Shown here piece after piece: positions 54,023-64,000 of a stretch of DNA of 64,000 bases. The DNA comes from the human T2T-CHM13v2.0 reference genome, Homo sapiens. The translations under genes and the position numbers were made by a program. The stretch lies in NCBI RefSeq assembly GCF_009914755.1, contig NC_060936.1. One strand, 5' to 3'. Under the pieces are notes generated by a model. It searched no databases. It was given only the letters and a program-made list of their open reading frames with translations, and had not been told where the DNA came from. Position 1 is the stretch's first letter. Each line of letters starts with the position of its first letter.

Positions 54023-54529
54023 TTAAGGAGAACGAGAGGGCTGAGAAGAGAGCAAAATGATCAGCCCTGGATTTTGGGACTTGGCCAAAAAAGAAAGGAT
54101 GGAACAGGACGTCAGGATAAGATCTAAGACTTGAAGCAGAAACTGTACTTCTTCCTGACCCAGGAGGTGTGAGACAGGGAAGTGGTGGTAGCAAACAGGA
54201 TAGAATGAGAGGTTCCCTTTTACACCCAAACTTGTTCTTTGCTTAGTGGCAGAAGGCTCAATTTTTCTTTATTAGAGCATTTTCTTTATTACAGCACTAT
54301 GAGCTTTACTATATGTGAATCACCTGTGAGCACTTGTTAAAATTTCTGGATCCCTCCCAAAGTTTCTGGTTTAGGACTGCTGGGGGAAGGCTCAGGAATC
54401 TGTATTTGTGAAGGTTAACTGAACCTTTTTTGTTTGCTTACCATCTATTCAGTGTTTTCCCTATTCTTTGTTCTATTTATTTAGTAATTTAAAAAATTGA
54501 CTCATTTTAAAAAACTGAATCTTATTTTA

Positions 54530-55000
<471 letters not shown>

Positions 55001-55235
55001 TCACTTAGATTGCATGATTTTCAGCTACTGTTGCACACTTGGAATCTGGGGCATTTTTAAAATACTTTTGGTCAGCCCCCATCCCCCGATTTAATTGGTG
55101 TGGGCTACAACCTGGACATCAGGATTTTTAAAACACTCTCCTAAGGTAATCGTAATGTATATTCTGGGTTGAGGATTTAGAGGTTAAAAAGCATATAATG
55201 CAGTTAGACTAAGAAGCATAAATTCATGAATACTA

Positions 55236-55463
<228 letters not shown>

Positions 55464-55640
55464 TCAGGAGGCTAAGGTGGGAGGATTGCTGGAGTCCAGG
55501 AGGTTGAGGCTGCAGTGAGTCCTGATCCTGTCACTGCACTCCAGCCTGGGTGACAGAGCGAGACCCTGTCTCTTATAACAAGAATGAAAAACACCACAGT
55601 GACCACCTGGGGGATGTGGGCAGGGGGAGAGGAAAAGAAG

Positions 55641-55904
55641 GTGAATTAATAAAGCACTAAGGCACCGTGTCCTTATGATCGCCTCTGCTCCTGCCTGCTT
55701 CTCTTGTTTTCTGTTCTTGATGAATAGCGTGAATTAATAAAGCACTAAGGCACCGTGTCCTTATGATCGCCTCTGCTCCTGCCTGCTTCTCTTGTTTTCT
55801 GTTCTTGATGAATAGCGTGAATTAATAAAGCACTAAGGCACCGTGTCCTTATGATCGCCTCTGCTCCTGCCTGCTTCTCTTGTTTTCTGTTCTTGATGAA
55901 TAGC
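55641..55904. repeat. Tandem repeat, 88-bp unit, 3 apparently identical copies
   Basis: gtgaattaataaagcactaagg...tgatgaatagc starts at 55641, 55729 and 55817. Confidence 0.97.
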
Positions 55905-55924
55905 AAGAGCTTTTAAATTGTCAG

Positions 55925-56095
55925 CTAGTCCCCAAACGTAAGTGTGCATCAGAATTAACTGGAGGGTTTGTTAAAACACAGATTGCTGGGACTCATCCTC
56001 AGAATTTCTGATCGAGTAGGTCTGGGGTGGGGCACAAGATTTAATTTCCCAGGTGATGCTTCTGCTGCTGGTCAGGGAACAACACTTGAAACACT
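55925..56095. mobile_element. MER5A-like fossil
   Basis: gtgtgcatcagaattaactggagggtttgttaaaacacagattgctggg...gtaggtctggggtgggg. Confidence 0.78.
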
Positions 56096-56628
56096 CATCT
56101 AGTTAACCAAGCTGAAAACTTTAGGACATTAGCCTGACATTTATTGTCTCTGTGTATTTTATATATATCCAGTGAACTTTAAAAATAATTACGTAAACAC
56201 AAACCTGTGTTTCCATCACCTAGAATTAGTAAATGTTAATGGGTGTGTGGATAAATATTAATTATGAATAAATATTGCCTTTTTGGTGATAATAAACCGC
56301 TGTGTTTTATTTCACACTTTTGAGTACAAGGAATAAAAAAATACAACTTTTCTGGGCTTGAGATAAGTGCTCTTTAGGTTAAGCTATAACACCGAAGAGA
56401 AAATAGTGCTCCATTAACTTGTTTCATCAGTCTTTTAGGCAACCAAATGAGAAAAGCAAAGAAAAACAGTACAGTCTAGATTGTATACTCCATCTGAGAA
56501 AAAACATTAAAAAGTATTACGTATCTGAAAATGAAATTGTCGGACAGGCGCGGTGGCTCATGCCTATAGTCCCAGCATTTTGGGAGGCGGAGGAGGGCGG
56601 ATCACCTGAGGTCGGGAGTTCAAGATCA

Positions 56629-56841
<213 letters not shown>

Positions 56842-58907
56842 TCAGCTGCAATCATTTTATCCTGTTTTTCTGTTTGAATAGTTTATTTGAATAGTTCATG
56901 GAATTAATAAGTTGAATTTATTTCTATATCTAGAAACTTGGGAGGGGAAGGGTAAACTGTTATGTATGGTATAAAAAATTTAAAAGTGTTGTGAAAATAC
57001 TATTTTCAATTCTAAAACGCTTGTTCAATTCTAAAATGACTTGTTTCCCCTATGCTTGATATAGATCAAGAGGGAAAAAGTATTAATGGGTATTATTTAT
57101 TCAGCAAACATTGAGTTTACATTCAGGACTGTCAACTTGACTATGGAACAATTCAAGTAGCTTTCGTTAGTCTTGCCTAGCTTTTCGTTATGCATTAAAT
57201 ATGTGCTTCATTCAGGAGGAGATCACCCCACCCCAGCCAGGTTAGTTTTGTCAGGTAGAAATAATGCTGTTTTTATATTCTCATGAAGAGTGTATGTATT
57301 TTTTCATCGTGGAGCTAATGCTAGGATTCCCTGAACTTGCTAGCTTCTATAAATCCTCCTCACCATTCTTCGAAGCAAGGGCTTTGGAAAGTATGGACTT
57401 AACTGTCTCATGAAAATCCTTGTATAGCTTCAATTGTCCTCCCTCCTATTTATTTTTCATGAAATTATTCTCTTGACACACTTGTTTATTTTCTATTTAG
57501 TCTTTCTAGACTCTTCTATTTGCTTCCTTCTTGGACTATTTGTTCCCTCTTGCTAGAACTCTTTATCTTCACTCATTAACTAAACTTTAAGAAAAGAGTC
57601 CTTCCCATGTTTCCTTTAACAGGGAGGCCAGCTTGTTTTTACAGCTCATATAATATATGCAGGTAGTAGAAGACAGATGAAAGCAAATACTTTGCAAATT
57701 ATGGTATGTTTGCTTCAGTTTTCAAAAAGTCTGGGAGCTTGGTCTCTTTTCCCTGGAAACCACCTCTGTTTTGTCTTGCAGATGAGAGTGTGATCTTTAA
57801 GCCAGCCTTGACCTTTTGGGTGGTCTGTGCTTATCTTTCAAGTGTTTGCAGTAATTAGGACCAGTATATCAAAAAAAGCATGCTACCTATGTTATTTGTA
57901 TTGTCCTGATCTTCTAGATTCAGAAAAAAAGAGAGGTTATTATTTTTATAACTGGATTTCCTATATTTGTGGATAAGAATTCCAAAACTAACAAAGAGAA
58001 AATCATCTTGACTGTTACGTGCTGTAAAAATCATGTATTCAAAGTTTGTACTATCACAATTCTGGATTCATGAGGATTTGCCAGACATTCAAATTAAAGC
58101 CTAATCAATAACTTTCTTCTTCGTAGAGGGCCATTCTAAGGCCAGTGCTTTCCCAGGGCCTGGGTATATTATGTAGTATGATGAATATCACAGAGCAATT
58201 GCCCTTGTTTAGGAACTGTGTATTGGGATTCCTTTAAGATTTTTGTTTTAACATACTTACATTTCACTAGGATTCTTCCCTACCGCACCCCCGGCTCTTT
58301 TTAAAAAATTTACCTAGTTTGTCCCTTGCCTGTTTGGCTACTAGATATATTTAACTGACCTTAGACAGTGCTGCAGGCAGAGTTCAGCATTTAGGCAAAA
58401 CGGATGGCAGTGTTAGCTGTTTTTCTCCTGGCATGTCACTGTGCATTATCTGGGATGGCATGCTTTGTGAGTATCTGTATGGTTTCCCAATGAGAGAAGG
58501 GAGGTCTGGCTGCATTCACTCGCACAAGGTGACCTTTGTTTCTACACATTCTCTGCTTTAACAAAGCATTGTCTAATCAGTCTGTCAATACATATTTATT
58601 GAGTGCCTACTGTGAATGCCCAGTAGTATGCTGTGTACTTTGAGAGATTTTTTTCAAAAGGGGGCAGGGTAGAAAGAAAGAGAAATATGCATTTGAGTTT
58701 AGAATAATGTTAACATGAAATATGTATACCGTGTGTGATTTTATAAACATGAATTTCTGGAGGAGCAGAATTCTAGAGTATTCTGGCCCACATTAGCTTC
58801 AAGAATGGAATTATTCTTAAGAGTAAAATCACTTAAGCTAGAAGTTCCAGGCTGCTGTGAGCAGTGCCTCTACACTCCAGCCTTGGTGACAGGAGACCCC
58901 TACCTAA

Positions 58908-59270
<363 letters not shown>

Positions 59271-60168
59271 TGATCTGCCCACCTCAGCCTCCCAAGGTGC
59301 TGGGATTACAGGCGTGAACCACCATACTTGGCCTGTTAAGGATTTCTTTAAATGTGGTATTTGATATATAGGCTTACACAATTAGTATATCTTAAATTAT
59401 GTAATGAATTTCCCACAATCTCAGCATTTAAAAAAATGTTTGGAATAGGAAGATGCTCATAATATTTTAGGGGAAATACATGTATATATAGTGTATATAT
59501 GTATGTATACAATGATCAATCTTTGGAGCAGCATAGTGTAAAAAGCGCAAGCTACGGAGTCAGACTGCTGGATGGTTCTGCCACTTCAACTGACCTAGGG
59601 ACAGGTAGATTTTATTATTTGTTTCCTTTTTTGTAAAATGAAAATAATGGTACATCATGGGTGAGATGTAAACTTTAAATGAGTTAGAATGCATAAAGCA
59701 TTCAGAAAAGGAGCTGGCTGGGCGTGGGTGGCTCATGTCTGTAATCCCAGCACTTTGGGAGGCCCATGGCGGGAGAATTGCTTGAGCCCAGGAATTTGAG
59801 ACCAGCCTGGGCAACATAATGAGACCCCTGTCTCTAAAAAATAAAATAAAATAAATGAAAATAAAAATAAAAATAGAACATGGTCTGGCCTGTGGAAAAC
59901 ATTAATTGTTACTTTTATTGTAGCCTTTTTTTTTTTTTTAAAAAAAGGTGAATGTCAGCAGAGAAAAACTGTTTTAAAGGATATCCATAAAATTTTTTTT
60001 GTGATTTTTCTCAGATTCATAGGATTATTAATTTTTCTTTTTATCTGTAATTCCTTTTTCCCCCGTAATGAACACGTTTCTAGTGTAATAAAGTAGAAGA
60101 TAATGAAGAATAAGATTTAGTCTGAATATTTATATGAATCCTTATGAAGAAGTGTCGTTGTCTGTCAT

Positions 60169-60809
60169 TGATACCCAAGATTTGTTGTCTCACGGCCATG
60201 GAAAACTAGGACGCAGACACACAAAGAGTGAGGTTCAGAGTGGAAGTTTAATAGGCAAAAGAAAGAGAAGAGCTCTCTGCGACAGAGATGGGTCCTGGAG
60301 AGGCTGGTCCTGGTTCTGCGGTGGAATGCAAGGGGTTTTATAGATAAGCTTGAGGAGGTGGTGTCATGATTTACATAGGGCATGAAAGATTGGTTGGACC
60401 AGGTGTGCCATTCTGGAAAACTGGTTAGGGCTAGGTGTTCCATTTGCCTAGGGTGCAAAAATCTGGCCACCCCCACCCTAATCTTTTATTATGCAGATGG
60501 CTTCTCTGTCTGCCCAGCGCAGTGTCTGTTTCTTTACTATACATGTGGTGACAAAGAAAAGGGAAGGTGAAGCCTCCATGTTGAACATACCTGGCCCCCA
60601 GGTAGCCGTTTTCTGTTAGCATAGCTGCTGACATTCACCCGTGCAAGCTTCCAGCTTGCTTTTTTATGTTTGCAGCATGATTTTTCAGGCTGCTCTTTGT
60701 TAGAAAAGAAATTCTTTTGGGGCTGCTTTTTGTTAAAAGGGGAAATTACGCCGAGGACTCTATTGCCCTTATTATCTGCGTAAATAATTTCTTTCTACCT
60801 CCTGTATCA
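60169..60809 (-). mobile_element. ERV1-class solo LTR (subfamily not determined)
   Basis: TGATAC...GTATCA termini. On the minus strand: CCAAT (gattgg), TATAAAA (ttttata at about 60336) and an ATTAAA poly(A) signal (tttaat at about 60247), in LTR order. Confidence 0.8.
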
Positions 60810-61279
60810 ATGATACAACAAAATCTAGAATTTGTTGCCAGGAAATTAGTAAATATTTGAATGATATTGAATGGTCTACATAGGTGATGTTATTTTATCT
60901 TGAAGCTGTTCATAATTTAGCATAGGAAACATGGCAAACATGGCAGAAATACCATGGATCATATGCTTGTTTTATTTTTAGTGTTTTTTTGTTTGTTTGT
61001 TTTGTTTTTTTTGAGACAGTCTCTCACTTTGTCAGCGCGATCTCTCGGCTCACTGCAACCACCGCCTCCAGGGCTCAAGTGATTCTCCTGCCTCAGCCTC
61101 CTGAGTAGCTGGGATTACAGGCGTACATCACCACACCTAGCTAATTTTTGTGTTTTTAGTAGAGACTGGGTTTCGCCCTGTTGGCCAGGGTGGTCTCAAA
61201 CTCCTGGCCTCAAGCAGTCCATCTTCCTTGGCCTCCTGGAAAGCGCTGGGCTTACAGGCATGAGCCACTGCGCCCAGCC

Positions 61280-63897
<2,618 letters not shown>

Positions 63898-64000
63898 TTG
63901 TATTAGTCTGTTTTCATGCTGGCTGATGAAGACATACTGAGACTGGAGAGAAAAAGAGGTTTAATTGGACTTATAGTTCCACATGGCTGGGGAGGCCTCA
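63898..64000 (-). mobile_element. THE1-family LTR, truncated by the window end
   Basis: tgtattagtctgttttcatgct...aaagaggtttaattggacttatagttccacatggctggggaggcctca. Confidence 0.88.

Overview
Primate, almost certainly human, genomic DNA from inside the ERC1 (ELKS/CAST2/RAB6IP2) gene, on the + strand. It covers about 31.6 kb of upstream intron, the 825-nt first coding exon (31615-32439, ATG at 31771) and about 31.5 kb of the next intron. There is no CpG island or promoter in the window and no other protein-coding exon I can support. The rest is interspersed repeat: roughly 70 Alu copies or fragments (mostly antisense), L1 and L2 remnants, MaLR/ERV solo LTRs (several with intact target-site duplications), Tigger/Charlie/MER DNA-transposon fossils, MIRs, and two minisatellites (81-bp and 88-bp units). 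The most striking signal is the exon itself. It has the layout of an AUG-containing single-exon circRNA: long introns on both sides, inverted flanking Alus and a perfect donor. It is exactly 275 codons long. Once circularised, the ERC1 frame runs through the back-splice junction to give a 263-aa protein ending in ...SHFCCCCC*. That UGA, a one-base variant of a (TGT)n repeat, is the only stop in the whole circular frame. Secondary findings: a candidate 7-nt AUG-bearing microexon, a cluster of five TAATTA homeodomain sites, a triplicated poly(A)/acceptor module, two old templated-insertion scars and a nearly abutting inverted Alu pair. Repeat families were recognised by eye and their boundaries are approximate.
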